Below are positions 25,318 through 35,554 of a stretch of 64,000 bases of DNA, piece after piece. The notes beneath the pieces were generated by a model, which was not told where the DNA came from, did no database searches, and saw nothing but the letters and a program-made list of their open reading frames with translations. The stretch lies in the IMG/VR virus record IMGVR_UViG_3300045988_171089; one strand, written 5' to 3'. The number at the start of each line of letters is the position of its first letter. Position 1 is the first letter of the stretch. The translations under genes and the position numbers were made by a program. This DNA comes from a virus.

Positions 25318-26073
25318 TTATCGCGTGAAGAAGAGTAGGAATAGTAGAGCCATGACGAGTGCAATCACTACCCATGTTATCGCAACGCTTTTCGGGTCAA
25401 TACGCTCCTGTGTTCCCCATTCAGGTTTCCCCGAGGTGCTGATTAGTTTCTTGGAGCCCCTTGGGGGTTTTAGTGCCTTTACATCTTTCTGGTAGTCGCT
25501 AAAGCGTGCACATTCAATAAGATGCTGGTCAGTGAACTTCCAGTCGCTCGCGGGTAGCACGCCAGCATCAAACATTGCGCTTAGCACAATTTTTTGGGCT
25601 TGCTTGCGGGTAATATTTCCACCCTTGGTGGTCGCGACATATTCGGTGATTCGCTTGAGTACCCTATCGCCGTCGTCTTCTACACAGAAGTACTTGGGGC
25701 GCTCTGACTTCTGTTTACTGTAGAACTTACTCAGAGCGTCGCTGATGGTTTCCGGCATAGGGTCGTACATCATTCCGCGAATATTGTATGATGCTAGGTG
25801 CCTCAAGTAGTCACGGGGCTCGGCGGGTTTGAGGGGTAGGTTGATTTCCTTGTAGATACCATCTTGTGAAGAACTGACGGTAATATCGCATTTGTATTCA
25901 TCCATACTGAGCCGCATTTTTTCGCCGCCCTCATCTACGAACTGAGGGTAAATATCCTTGAAGGTTCGCCGGAACTCTGGAACCTGGTTTGCGATTCCAG
26001 TCATGAGCATTAGCGCCTGGGTGTAGTATGCGTAAAACTCAATCTTAGAGTCGTTCAGGGTTGCCCTACGCAT
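25318..26073 (-). CDS. hypothetical protein with C-terminal TM anchor (251 aa)
   Basis: ORF track; C-terminal WVVIALVMALLFLLFF. Confidence 0.55.
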   Translation of the reverse strand: MRRATLNDSKIEFYAYYTQALMLMTGIANQVPEFRRTFKDIYPQFVDEGGEKMRLSMDEYKCDITVSSSQDGIYKEINLPLKPAEPRDYLRHLASYNIRGMMYDPMPETISDALSKFYSKQKSERPKYFCVEDDGDRVLKRITEYVATTKGGNITRKQAQKIVLSAMFDAGVLPASDWKFTDQHLIECARFSDYQKDVKALKPPRGSKKLISTSGKPEWGTQERIDPKSVAITWVVIALVMALLFLLFFTR

Positions 26074-26932
26074 TGTGTGCCGCCTTAATTTTCTTAACCT
26101 TTTCCACTAGCATAAGGTTAGTTAGCGCCTTCTCATCAAGCGTTTCCCCGGCAAGCTCAGCGGCGGCTTCTAGCCGCGCCTGGAGGGTCTTAATGTTTCG
26201 GCTAACATCACCATTATCAAGGTTGCTTGAAATACTTGACACGATAGCGGCACTATTAGCGATTCCGCCCAGGGCTTCTAGCTGATTGAGGTTAATCTCG
26301 ATGGTGTTGATGTTCGCATCAAGTGACTGTACGTGCTTTTGAATCTCAAGGATGGAGCTTTCCGCGTGCTTGATGTCGTCTTCTACACGGGTGAGGCGTG
26401 CCGCAAGCTCTAGAACTTCCGCATCTTCAGGGCTACCTGAATATTTGTGGATTTGGTAGTTCAGGTTGTTCTTTTCGGCGTTGTAGTTTGCCAGTAGAGC
26501 ACGTAGGTTATTGAGTGGTTCTGCTACTTCTCCTAGTTCCTGTCGTGCTTTGGCGTGCTGGTGCTTTAGGTGCTTGGTGTCCGGGTGGGTTTCTCGCATG
26601 TCGTATACGTGCTTTCCTTTGAAAAATTTGTACTGGTCGATGATGTCTAGGCTTCGGGCTGTTCGTCCCCTATATGCTTGAAATGCGGGGCGGAGTAGCT
26701 TCTCTAGGTCTTCCTCTGTGATTCCCTGTGCATTGGTCTTGAGCTTCGCGTAGTAGTCCCGCATGGACTTTTTGAGGACTGCTCGCTGGTTTGGGTCTGT
26801 GGTGTGTAGCAAGGTGCGTTCTGTGTCACCTTGTGCGAAGCGCCTTACTTGAATGTTTACACTCATTATATTTTTCCTGTCTTCTAGGGGGTATTGTCGT
26901 ATTGTGGATACCCTGCTTTTGGGGGCAACCAA
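26066..26932 (-). CDS. coiled-coil hypothetical protein (288 aa)
   Basis: ORF track. Confidence 0.55.
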   Translation of the reverse strand: MVAPKSRVSTIRQYPLEDRKNIMSVNIQVRRFAQGDTERTLLHTTDPNQRAVLKKSMRDYYAKLKTNAQGITEEDLEKLLRPAFQAYRGRTARSLDIIDQYKFFKGKHVYDMRETHPDTKHLKHQHAKARQELGEVAEPLNNLRALLANYNAEKNNLNYQIHKYSGSPEDAEVLELAARLTRVEDDIKHAESSILEIQKHVQSLDANINTIEINLNQLEALGGIANSAAIVSSISSNLDNGDVSRNIKTLQARLEAAAELAGETLDEKALTNLMLVEKVKKIKAAHNA

Positions 26933-27093
26933 TTGTTAGTTGCTATTATACCACACTCAAGCCTGGTTTTATGACATGAGGATAGCCCCTAATAGTATTT
27001 CATTAGGGGCTATCCATATTATACAGTTTTCCACCCGCACCCTTGGGGGGTGGCTATCGGCTCTTACTATCCGGGCTCCACACTGTAAACGAA

Positions 27094-28371
27094 TTACTTA
27101 CCAGAGACACCATGAAACTCATACACGGGCTTATTTCCCTTATCGTCTAGTTTGCCCTCTAGCGAGTCGTACAGTTCGTACCCGCCGGTAGAGTTTACGG
27201 TCATTGAACCGGTTAGGCTAATGTTGTTGGCGATAGTCAGGTCACCGTTAATTTCAATGTCGCCGCTAATGGTTGCTTGTGCAATGCATTTAACATTGTC
27301 ATCAATGGTTACCTTACCGTCTACTGTCGCATAGTAGAGTGTCAGCTCTTCACTGCTTAGGGTGGGCTTGGTGCCGATAGTGACTTCACCCGTGATATTG
27401 GAGCCTGCAACCTTTGTTTTCCTATTGATTCGCACGTCACCTGAGATGATGGAGCGGGCTAGGACGGTAGTGTATTCGCCAATATAGGCGTTACCTGCTA
27501 CTAGTGAACCATCACTGACTTTACCTTTTACGTGTGCGGTGCCTGCTACCCAGCTGTAAGGTTCGAGGTTGTCGTATTCTTTGACGTATCCGCCTTGTTC
27601 ACCGGCGCGAACTTTCCAATCGTCTTTACCGTATGGTTGCGTGAAGTCGTGGATAGCTTCTACGGGGTAGTATTTTTCCCCTTCGTAGGTTTCCGGCTTG
27701 TCCCACACAACCCTGTGTGTCCTTGCGGAGGTGCGAGGGTATGCTAGTAGGTGCTTGTGCGCTTCGCGGTATTTACGTCCGAACCGTAGTGTCTTGCCTG
27801 TGTAGCGGCTAAACACGGTTCCGGGTAGAACTTGGTAGCTTTTACTGATTCCTGGGTCTAGGTCGTAGCGGGGCGGCTTCTTGTAGTCGTAGTATTTTTT
27901 GATGACTACCCCGGCAACTTCCAGGTATCGGCATGATTCGTTGATGCGGGCGTACTCTGCTAGGGATACCCACCCGAGGTCGGGGCGGGGCATCATTATT
28001 TCCGTATAGTCGAGGTCACGGAATGTCTCGTGCGCATATTTTTCCAAGGCTTCAACTATTGGCTCAAGAGGTGGAAGGCACCTTACCCGTGCTTGCATAG
28101 GTAGGTAGCCGTCTATGAAGTTAGGGTGGTTCTTGATTCGGTTCCAGCGTTTAGCTAGAACGTCTTCGGGTACTTCTAGGATTTCAGCTAGTGCCCTTGT
28201 TCCACCTTCGACCCATAGGTTCATGAGGCGCTGTTCTTGCCCGATGAGAGCTACCACTGTTTTTGGGTCTGGAACGTTTTTAGCTGTTACACTGCCTTGA
28301 GGCTCGGGGGTAAGGCGCACGGGGACTAGCGGCTTCTTGCTGGAGCCGGTGGTGGTTTTATGTTTGGTCAT
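27094..28371 (-). CDS. hypothetical protein with C-terminal hexapeptide/beta-helix repeat domain, paralog 3 of 3
   Basis: C-terminal ~150 aa (WVAGTAHVKGKVSDGSLVAGNAYIGEYTTV...) homologous to 1852..2358 and 14349..14906. Confidence 0.6.
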   Translation of the reverse strand: MTKHKTTTGSSKKPLVPVRLTPEPQGSVTAKNVPDPKTVVALIGQEQRLMNLWVEGGTRALAEILEVPEDVLAKRWNRIKNHPNFIDGYLPMQARVRCLPPLEPIVEALEKYAHETFRDLDYTEIMMPRPDLGWVSLAEYARINESCRYLEVAGVVIKKYYDYKKPPRYDLDPGISKSYQVLPGTVFSRYTGKTLRFGRKYREAHKHLLAYPRTSARTHRVVWDKPETYEGEKYYPVEAIHDFTQPYGKDDWKVRAGEQGGYVKEYDNLEPYSWVAGTAHVKGKVSDGSLVAGNAYIGEYTTVLARSIISGDVRINRKTKVAGSNITGEVTIGTKPTLSSEELTLYYATVDGKVTIDDNVKCIAQATISGDIEINGDLTIANNISLTGSMTVNSTGGYELYDSLEGKLDDKGNKPVYEFHGVSGK

Positions 28372-28412
28372 GGTTATAGGGGTTCACCTTTCTGTGGGCT
28401 TACGGCTGGCTT

Positions 28413-28775
28413 TTAGTTGTATCGTTCCTTGTACTTTGTAACAGCCCAGGGTACTAGGTTGGAAATTAGCATCATTGCGCCCCAGCCGAAGGTGCCGGAA
28501 ATGATTAGGGGGTTCCCTTCAATGACTCCATGTGCAGTGAACGCGGGTGTAACAACGATACCCCAATAGACAGTGGCGACAGCCTGGATTACCCCAATAA
28601 TGATTGAGGTGCCGCCCTTGAATGTGGCTTCCCACACGGGACACCCTAGCCGCCACCACACTAGAGCCACAGGCACGGCTGTGATAACCCCTGGTATCAC
28701 GAAGGCTAACCATAGGGGTGCGGTACTAAAGAACCCAGTCGGGTCTGAGAACATGTTTACAAAATCAACGAACAT
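28413..28775 (-). CDS. membrane protein (120 aa)
   Basis: Hydrophobic helices. Confidence 0.5.
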   Translation of the reverse strand: MFVDFVNMFSDPTGFFSTAPLWLAFVIPGVITAVPVALVWWRLGCPVWEATFKGGTSIIIGVIQAVATVYWGIVVTPAFTAHGVIEGNPLIISGTFGWGAMMLISNLVPWAVTKYKERYN

Positions 28776-28953
28776 GGCGGGCTACTTCTTTCGTTTGTAT
28801 AGTATTCATTCTTTTATTCTACCAGTGGTGCTATTGCTGGGTCTAGTAAGCTGGGTTACTGCATCTTGCGGGTTCCCCTATGTGCATACTGAAGCGCCGT
28901 AAGAGCACTCTTTAGTGGTTATGCTCTTACGGCGCTTCGATATTCCTATATGG

Positions 28954-29658
28954 TTATTGCTGTTCGTTGTGTAGTTCTGCCTGTCGTAGGCTTCCAGTAT
29001 CCACAGGAACGGTAATACCGGACGAGGTGATGGGCGGCGGCTCTGTGGTACGCATACGTTGCCATACGCTTAGTGCTACACCGACGAGGACTAGCATGTT
29101 ACCGATGATGTTGGTGTAGCTACCTACTAGGAGGTAGTAGCTGACCCAGCACGCTACGTTGAGGACTGTTACGGTTTTGAGTGCTACAAAGTTTTCTAGT
29201 AGCGCCATAATGAGTCCTGTTAGTCCACCTAGTAGTGCTAGGGTGCCGGGTGACCATAAGCCCCAGCCTAGTACGCCGTACTGTGTGACGGCGGCGGTAC
29301 CGACTGCTACACTCATTGATGCGGCACGGTAGATGGGTGATTGAACGAACGTTAGCCGGTTCTCGAATAGTAGCATGATGTAGTATGCGAGGTTTACTAG
29401 GTTCATGGCTAGAACGCCTGTTTGTCCTAGTAGGAATGATTGGGCGGCGGTTAGTGCGCACATTCCGAGACTAATGTTTCTGACCCAGGTGCGGTTTGCG
29501 TACCCGATAAAGAACAGTCCGGCGCTCACGCCTAGACCAAGTATCTGCACAGTGATGTTTGCTGGTGCTGTTAGCATCTTCGCCTGTGTCCTTTCTGTTT
29601 GTTTGGTGGGTGCGTTTTCCGTGTTGTGGGCAAAAATGCACCCTCCCCCGGCGAACAA
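28954..29658 (-). CDS. polytopic membrane protein (~7 TM; possibly PnuC-like transporter, low confidence)
   Basis: 234 aa, multiple TM helices; functional call is by size/topology only. Confidence 0.45.
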   Translation of the reverse strand: MFAGGGCIFAHNTENAPTKQTERTQAKMLTAPANITVQILGLGVSAGLFFIGYANRTWVRNISLGMCALTAAQSFLLGQTGVLAMNLVNLAYYIMLLFENRLTFVQSPIYRAASMSVAVGTAAVTQYGVLGWGLWSPGTLALLGGLTGLIMALLENFVALKTVTVLNVACWVSYYLLVGSYTNIIGNMLVLVGVALSVWQRMRTTEPPPITSSGITVPVDTGSLRQAELHNEQQ

Positions 29659-29712
29659 AACATTACTGTTTATTGCCCGCTAATGGAGGGGTGCTTTAGT
29701 TGGTTGTTTTAG

Positions 29713-30501
29713 TTACTTGAGAGTAATCTTAGCCTTCTTGGAGCGGCGCTCATCAACCTCTACCGATTCAATAATGAAGGTGTGCCCTGCAAGACCTGAA
29801 GCGATAGACTCAGGTGCAGTGAGGATAATTAGCGGCTCGCGCCTGTTGTACTTGCTGGGGATACAAACGGCAATGTTGTCACTAATGAAGACGACTTCAC
29901 GCTCTGTGATGTGCTTATTGGCAAGGTACTCTGCGGGGTTCTTATCCTTGAAGCTGTAGAGCGGGGAATAGTCGTAGAGGAACTCTTCAAATTCCCAGTT
30001 GTCACCCTTGCTGAAGTTTACGGTCACCTCAATGGGGTGTTCCGGGGTGAAGCTGGTTGCCAGATGTCGCTTCTCCTTGGCGTACCACGTGATAGCTTGC
30101 TTAGCTTCTTCGCTCTTGTCGTGGTTTCGTGGCTTGTGAGGGCGGCTGGAGCCATCGAGTACGACCGCCTCACCTTTCTTTGTCCAGCCGTAGAGGGTGC
30201 TGTGGTCCCAGTAACCCATGAGGCTGTTCTCCCGCTTCTTCACGTCATAGTCGCGGTTCAGCAAGATAGTAAGTGAAGCCGCGCCATAGGTTTCAGGGAA
30301 GTGGATACCTACGGGGTCTTCTATGTAGAGGTAACAGTCATCAAGGAAGGAGGGGTTCTCATCCTTCAGATAGGGGTGCTTCTTGAGGTCGGCGGGGGTC
30401 ATGCGTCGAACCTGTCCCGTGTCAATAGTGTTCTGTACTAGGTGCTTGTTGTAGTTCCAGACGATTTCCCAGATGAGGTGTCCTGCGTCGGTGATGCTCA
30501 T
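29713..30501 (-). CDS. hypothetical protein (262 aa)
   Basis: ORF track. Confidence 0.55.
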   Translation of the reverse strand: MSITDAGHLIWEIVWNYNKHLVQNTIDTGQVRRMTPADLKKHPYLKDENPSFLDDCYLYIEDPVGIHFPETYGAASLTILLNRDYDVKKRENSLMGYWDHSTLYGWTKKGEAVVLDGSSRPHKPRNHDKSEEAKQAITWYAKEKRHLATSFTPEHPIEVTVNFSKGDNWEFEEFLYDYSPLYSFKDKNPAEYLANKHITEREVVFISDNIAVCIPSKYNRREPLIILTAPESIASGLAGHTFIIESVEVDERRSKKAKITLK

Positions 30502-30523
30502 GATGTGTCCTTTCTTAGGGGGG

Positions 30524-30991
30524 TTAGTTTACGGCTTTGGTTGCTTCTTTGAGCTTGTTGCGTCCGTAGTTGTATAGGGTGATTGAGCGGTCGAGGAAGT
30601 TTTTAGCTTCCTGGAGTCGTTTCATTTGAATATCGTAGGTGGTTAGCTCTTCGATTCCTTCGTAGGGGATTGCTGTGAAGTCTTCGTTGAGGGTTTGGGC
30701 TACGTCGTTTGTGAAGGCGAACCTGTGGGTGTCGATGTCGTTTGAGAGCTTAACCAGGTCAGCGTATAGTGACTGATTGGTTTTGGCTAGGGTGCCGTCA
30801 TTGATTTTCTCTTCAATGTTGATGGTGTTGAAGTTCGTGTATGCCTCTGTTACGGCTTCTACACGCTTCGTGTCAAGCTCTTCTTGCTTGAGGGCGACTA
30901 GGGTACGGTCTGCTTCAAGCTGTAGCTCATATAGGGCTTCAAGCTTTACACCAATGTTCGCTAGTACTTCGTCCATTTCAGGGGTATTCAT
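30524..30991 (-). CDS. coiled-coil hypothetical protein; start moved to ATG 30991 (SD GGAAAGGAAAAGG)
   Basis: ORF track 30524..31147; internal ATG with strong SD. Confidence 0.5.
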   Translation of the reverse strand: MNTPEMDEVLANIGVKLEALYELQLEADRTLVALKQEELDTKRVEAVTEAYTNFNTINIEEKINDGTLAKTNQSLYADLVKLSNDIDTHRFAFTNDVAQTLNEDFTAIPYEGIEELTTYDIQMKRLQEAKNFLDRSITLYNYGRNKLKEATKAVN

Positions 30992-31196
30992 TGTGCGCCT
31001 TTTCCTTTCCTGTAGTGGCTTGGGTGTCTTGTAATAACTTCTATAACTATTATGCCACACCCTATAGGTGTGTGCAAGCCTGAAACCGTGATTTATGCCA
31101 CACCCTAAATTTGACATAAAGGAAACCCCTAACCTAAGAGAGTTCATGCTCTATAGGTTAGGGGCTTATGTGTGCCGTGCTCTACGCCATTACATG

Positions 31197-32732
31197 CTAG
31201 AGGTAGTTTTCCTCAGCATCTAGAGGCTCTAGGGTAGGCTCAGCTTCCTTCTTAGTATCCTTAGCGGCGTTATTGATTCCGCTACCAATAGCTCGACCGG
31301 TTACGGTTGCCTGAATCAGGTCACGAACGTCAAGTCCTAGACCGGCGGTTACCTTGTCCATGCTGGTCATGATGTCTCCAACCATCTGCCCGGCATTACC
31401 TTCACCGTACATGGTGATGCTATCAACATTGTTCAGTGGCTCAGATACGGCGCGTGCAACTTCAGGTAGGACATTGACAAGCATCTCGATAACAGCGGCA
31501 TCCTTCATCTTGAGCATTGCCTCTGCCTTCTTGTCTAGACCGTCTGCTTCTGCTTCAAGCTTGAGGCGCACTGCTTCTGCTTCAGCTTCACCACGTAGGC
31601 GGATTGCGTCTGCTTCTGCTTCTGCCGTCATCTTGAGAGCTTCCGCTTCCTGCTGGCGGCGGTAAGCCTCAGCTTCAGCGGTCATCTTCAGCACTTCTGC
31701 TTCCTGCTGGCGGCGGTACGCTTCAGCTTCGGACTTCTTCATGCTCTCGAACAGTTCAGCCTGTGCGCGCTGTTCACGTGCTCGACGTTCAGTGTTCGCG
31801 GTTTCTTCAACCTCAGCGACTAGGGTCTGCTTTCGGACTTCGACTTCCTTAGCCTTGACCTGTGCTTCCTTTTCCTGCCGGACAATGTTAGCGTTAGCGC
31901 GGGCGGCTTCGGTTCGGCTTCGCTGGTTCTCGTACTCAGTCTCGAACGCGGCTTCAGCGATTGCTCGTTCCTTCTCAGCTTCAGCCTTGAGCTGACTCTT
32001 AGAAATTTCGAGCTCGTTCTGCCTCTTAGCGATTTCCTTATCAGCGGCGACACGTGCGTCGTTTGCCAGCTTTTCAGAGCTTGCCTGCTGTTCCTCAATC
32101 TTCTGGGTTGCGATAGCCTTAGCGGTTGCCGCTTCCTGTCGAATCTTCTCGGTATTGTCAGCACCAAGGTTGTCGATAACACCCTTATCGTCACGGACGG
32201 TCTGGATGTTGAACGCTACGATTTCTAGACCCATTTCCTCTAGGTCGTTCGTTGCGTTTTCCTGAACCTTGTTAGCGAGCTGTTGCCTATCTTGGACGAT
32301 AGCCTTCAGCTCCATTTCACCAATGATGGAACGCAGGTGACCTTCAAGGGTTTCACGTACCGAGTCAGCGATTTCAATATCAGTCCTGCCGAGGAAGTTT
32401 CGGGCGGCAACCTCGAACAGTTCCTTACGGTCTAGACCAATACGTACCTTCACTTCAGCTTCAGCCTGCACATTGATAAAGTCGTTAGTAGGGGTGCTAC
32501 CGTTCGTCTTCACATCAATAGATACCATGCTTGCGGTCATGGAGTCTACACGCTCAATGAACGGGACACGCCAACCAGTCTTACCCTGTAGTACACGGAT
32601 ACCACGGCGACCTGAGATGACCTTCACCTCACCGGGGCTTGCCGATACGATACCTGCCATGAAGATTGCCACACCGATACCAATGATGATGAGTGCGGCT
32701 ACGGCGATAATTAGTAGGTTCGCTACTTGCAT
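31197..32732 (-). CDS. SPFH/band-7 (flotillin-like) membrane protein with long coiled-coil tail
   Basis: N-terminal TM (LLIIAVAALIIIGIGVAIFMAGIV) then SPFH-like core (EVKVISGRRGIRVLQGKTGWRVPFIE...) and EA-repeat coiled coil; start moved to ATG 32732 (SD GGAAAG). Confidence 0.75.
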   Translation of the reverse strand: MQVANLLIIAVAALIIIGIGVAIFMAGIVSASPGEVKVISGRRGIRVLQGKTGWRVPFIERVDSMTASMVSIDVKTNGSTPTNDFINVQAEAEVKVRIGLDRKELFEVAARNFLGRTDIEIADSVRETLEGHLRSIIGEMELKAIVQDRQQLANKVQENATNDLEEMGLEIVAFNIQTVRDDKGVIDNLGADNTEKIRQEAATAKAIATQKIEEQQASSEKLANDARVAADKEIAKRQNELEISKSQLKAEAEKERAIAEAAFETEYENQRSRTEAARANANIVRQEKEAQVKAKEVEVRKQTLVAEVEETANTERRAREQRAQAELFESMKKSEAEAYRRQQEAEVLKMTAEAEAYRRQQEAEALKMTAEAEADAIRLRGEAEAEAVRLKLEAEADGLDKKAEAMLKMKDAAVIEMLVNVLPEVARAVSEPLNNVDSITMYGEGNAGQMVGDIMTSMDKVTAGLGLDVRDLIQATVTGRAIGSGINNAAKDTKKEAEPTLEPLDAEENYL

Positions 32733-32982
32733 TATGTAGTTATTCTTTCCGTCGTGGGACATTGCAGATTCACAGACCACTACCCCCGGCGGGTTCGTGT
32801 CTTAAACCTTTAGGGGCGTGTTCATGGTGCCCTGTGAATCTTTGATGTTTCCCAGTGTACACGTGAAGCCGTAGGTTTATCAACTCAGCGGGCGTGTTTC
32901 ATGACTTGATAATAAAAAGAAAGGGGCACCTACCTGCTACTGTTAGCGAGTAGGTGCCCCTCACGCGGGTGCATATGTGCAG

Positions 32983-33429
32983 TTAGATGAAGAAATATTC
33001 TTCCACAACATGCTTGGTGATTTTACCGTTCACACCTGCGTGCTGTTCGCGGCTATCACATACCTGCTGGTCATAATGAGTGAACCTGTGGTACGGGTGG
33101 CTGTTATTCTTACCCGTGGGCTTACCCTCATGCTTAGCCCACGCCTGTGTACCTTCGTAACGCCATTCAAAGCTTTCGGCACGGTGGGTAGGCATCATCT
33201 TCATGCACGGCTTATAGGTGCCGTCTTCAGTACAGAACGTATGCTGTAGCGTTTCGCTGTTAAATTCTTCTACATAGTTTTGCACCTGAATAGGGGTGTC
33301 GTCATTATGCTCATTGACACGGCATGTATGCGGTGTAATGTAATCCACCCCGGCAATGATTCCAATGAGGGCGGCTAGAAAGCCGGTGGTCAGGAAGAAG
33401 AGCTTAGCGCGCCGGATTAGATTTTCCAT
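32983..33429 (-). CDS. exported Cys-containing protein, family member 1 of 3
   Basis: N-terminal TM/signal; conserved W..Y...G.(T/A)..W...G and CD(G/S)RE..(D/N)G..(K/A)H(N/V)V motifs shared with 39168..39641 and 46031..46462. Confidence 0.55.
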   Translation of the reverse strand: MENLIRRAKLFFLTTGFLAALIGIIAGVDYITPHTCRVNEHNDDTPIQVQNYVEEFNSETLQHTFCTEDGTYKPCMKMMPTHRAESFEWRYEGTQAWAKHEGKPTGKNNSHPYHRFTHYDQQVCDSREQHAGVNGKITKHVVEEYFFI

Positions 33430-33447
33430 TTCAGCTTATTCTTACGT

Positions 33448-33954
33448 CTAGTAGGAGCCGCGGGATGCCATGTACCCCATTGCGCCCGGAAGCTCCTTAG
33501 AGCGCTTCGCCTCACGTTCAGCTTCCTTAGCTTCACGTTGTGCGCGGTGTTCGGGCATTTCTGCATCTAGCCAGAAACCGGAACCGTAGTAGTCCTCGTA
33601 CTCTTCGTATGCGTCCGTGCCTTCAATGTTGATAACTTCATTCTTCATGTAGACAAAGATTCGGAAACCGGTATGGTGACGCTCGTCGTAGTCCTCAATC
33701 TCCTCATATTTGACGTTCATAACGGCGGCATCTAGCGGCTTATCGACGTAATCCGCTTCGATTTCGGCGCTACCGTTACCACAGTCGCAACCCCAGTTGG
33801 GGCGAATCTTAACGGTGTACCCGTTATCAAGCTCAATGTAGGTAGAGCTGAACTTAATGATGCGGCGACCAATGAGGGCACTCTTGAGGAACCTATAGAA
33901 CTCGCCTGAATCAAAATTATCTCCCCCGAGTAGAGGGTACTTCTCGTCTGACAT
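33448..33954 (-). CDS. hypothetical acidic protein (168 aa)
   Basis: ORF track. Confidence 0.5.
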   Translation of the reverse strand: MSDEKYPLLGGDNFDSGEFYRFLKSALIGRRIIKFSSTYIELDNGYTVKIRPNWGCDCGNGSAEIEADYVDKPLDAAVMNVKYEEIEDYDERHHTGFRIFVYMKNEVINIEGTDAYEEYEDYYGSGFWLDAEMPEHRAQREAKEAEREAKRSKELPGAMGYMASRGSY

Positions 33955-34071
33955 GTGGTTTAGTGTCCTTTCTTTACCTAATGACTGTTGGTTATGTCAG
34001 TTAGGGGGTATTTGTAGCCCACAGCCCCTAACCTTACCTACATAGGGGTTAGGGGTTTGGTGGGGTGTGTT

Positions 34072-34485
34072 TTAGAATCGGTGGATATTGCGGTCGATAA
34101 CAGAGTTGATAGTGACCCACACCCAGCCGTCTTCCTCTACGGTGAACTCAAGGTCAGTACCTAGATATTCACCTTCCTTGAGTGCTTCGTGACCTTCTCG
34201 CTGTCGTGCGTCAATGTCGTTAATGTAGGCGGTAACGTCCTGGGTGAGCTCTAGTGGGTCTTCGGGGTCGATAACACCTACGGAGTAGCCGTCTTCGTCG
34301 CAGAAGTCCACCATAGGAAGACCGTCGTCTTCGCCGTCTTCTTTCACGGCATCAATGTAAATCACATCCTTGTCCATTGCACGCTCTGCAAGTTCTTCAT
34401 AGGGAATGTTACGGACGTGCTTAAAGCTGAGCGAGAAGGTGATAGGTTCGATAGCACGCTTTTCAATCGGGGGCAGTTCAGTCAT
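34072..34485 (-). CDS. hypothetical protein (137 aa)
   Basis: ORF track. Confidence 0.5.
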   Translation of the reverse strand: MTELPPIEKRAIEPITFSLSFKHVRNIPYEELAERAMDKDVIYIDAVKEDGEDDGLPMVDFCDEDGYSVGVIDPEDPLELTQDVTAYINDIDARQREGHEALKEGEYLGTDLEFTVEEDGWVWVTINSVIDRNIHRF

Positions 34486-34566
34486 GGGTGATTCCTTTCA
34501 GTTGATGGGCGGCAACCCCCGCCCACCTCATTTGGGTGCGGGGGGGTGCACGGGTGGGTTAGAAGT

Positions 34567-34773
34567 TTAGTTCCGGGGTGATAAAGTCAATGCGGGTATC
34601 TTGGGTGGTGAAGGTAGAGTCAGTATGCACATAGTAGCGGTCATCTCATAATTGGTTTCCAGGGAGGCGTTATGGACATCCCTATTGGTACTACCTTCGG
34701 GACGCATCTTACCGGTGGTGTACTTACGGGTGTGCAGGCGGGCGTATAGCAGGTCATAAACAGTGTTGCTCAT
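34567..34773 (-). CDS. small hypothetical protein (68 aa)
   Basis: ORF track; promoter motif upstream at 34850-34930. Confidence 0.35.
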   Translation of the reverse strand: MSNTVYDLLYARLHTRKYTTGKMRPEGSTNRDVHNASLETNYEMTATMCILTLPSPPKIPALTLSPRN

Positions 34774-35006
34774 TGGTGGCTACTTATCCTTTCGGTCTTT
34801 GTGATAAGGGCTAGATAGTGAACTTGTTGCTAGGGGCTAACCCCTCGGTACACTTCTATTATGACACACCTATAACCCCTATGCAAGCTGAAAATGTGTG
34901 AAATAGCTCACATAGGGGTTTAGTGTCATGCTGGGCTGTCCATCTAATCAGATAACCCCCTGGTGTAATACACCCCCTAACTACTAGCAGTGGGGCGTAT
35001 TGCGCT

Positions 35007-35465
35007 TTACAGGTAGTGCTCCCGCCAAGCTTGACGAGACATAATATAGGCTTCAACGCCCGACCCGTAACCAGCCTTAAATGCCCGGAGCGGCTTCTTG
35101 AGGTTGCGAACGTCCCAGCTGTAATCGTCTAGCTGTCTACCTTCATACCCTTCAACTATTACAAAGTCGTCATGGTCTTCGGTTTCCATGATGTCGCGTT
35201 GAGCTCGGTCGCGTGCCCGCTCAACACGGGGAATAAGATTGCTAATATCGCGGGCAATAAACTGTGCTGTCTGAATGGGCGTAAGGCTCTGGTTAGCATC
35301 ACCGCACTCAATGGCGACGTATCCCTTATAATCCCCCTGAAGGTCGCGTTCTAGCTTGTGTGCCCTGTTGAGCATCTTGTTTAGCTTGGTGATGCGCTTG
35401 TTGTAACGCCCGGTAATCTTTTCAACAGCCTGGAGCTTGAGGGTTTCAAGGTCGGTGTTTTCCAT
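35007..35465 (-). CDS. hypothetical protein (152 aa)
   Basis: ORF track. Confidence 0.5.
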   Translation of the reverse strand: MENTDLETLKLQAVEKITGRYNKRITKLNKMLNRAHKLERDLQGDYKGYVAIECGDANQSLTPIQTAQFIARDISNLIPRVERARDRAQRDIMETEDHDDFVIVEGYEGRQLDDYSWDVRNLKKPLRAFKAGYGSGVEAYIMSRQAWREHYL

Positions 35466-35554
35466 AGTTATCTTCCTTTTTTATTGGGTGTATATTGGCT
35501 AGGTGAAGCCCCACACCCTGCATGTTTAGCAAGGCGCGGGGTAGTATTGAGGGG

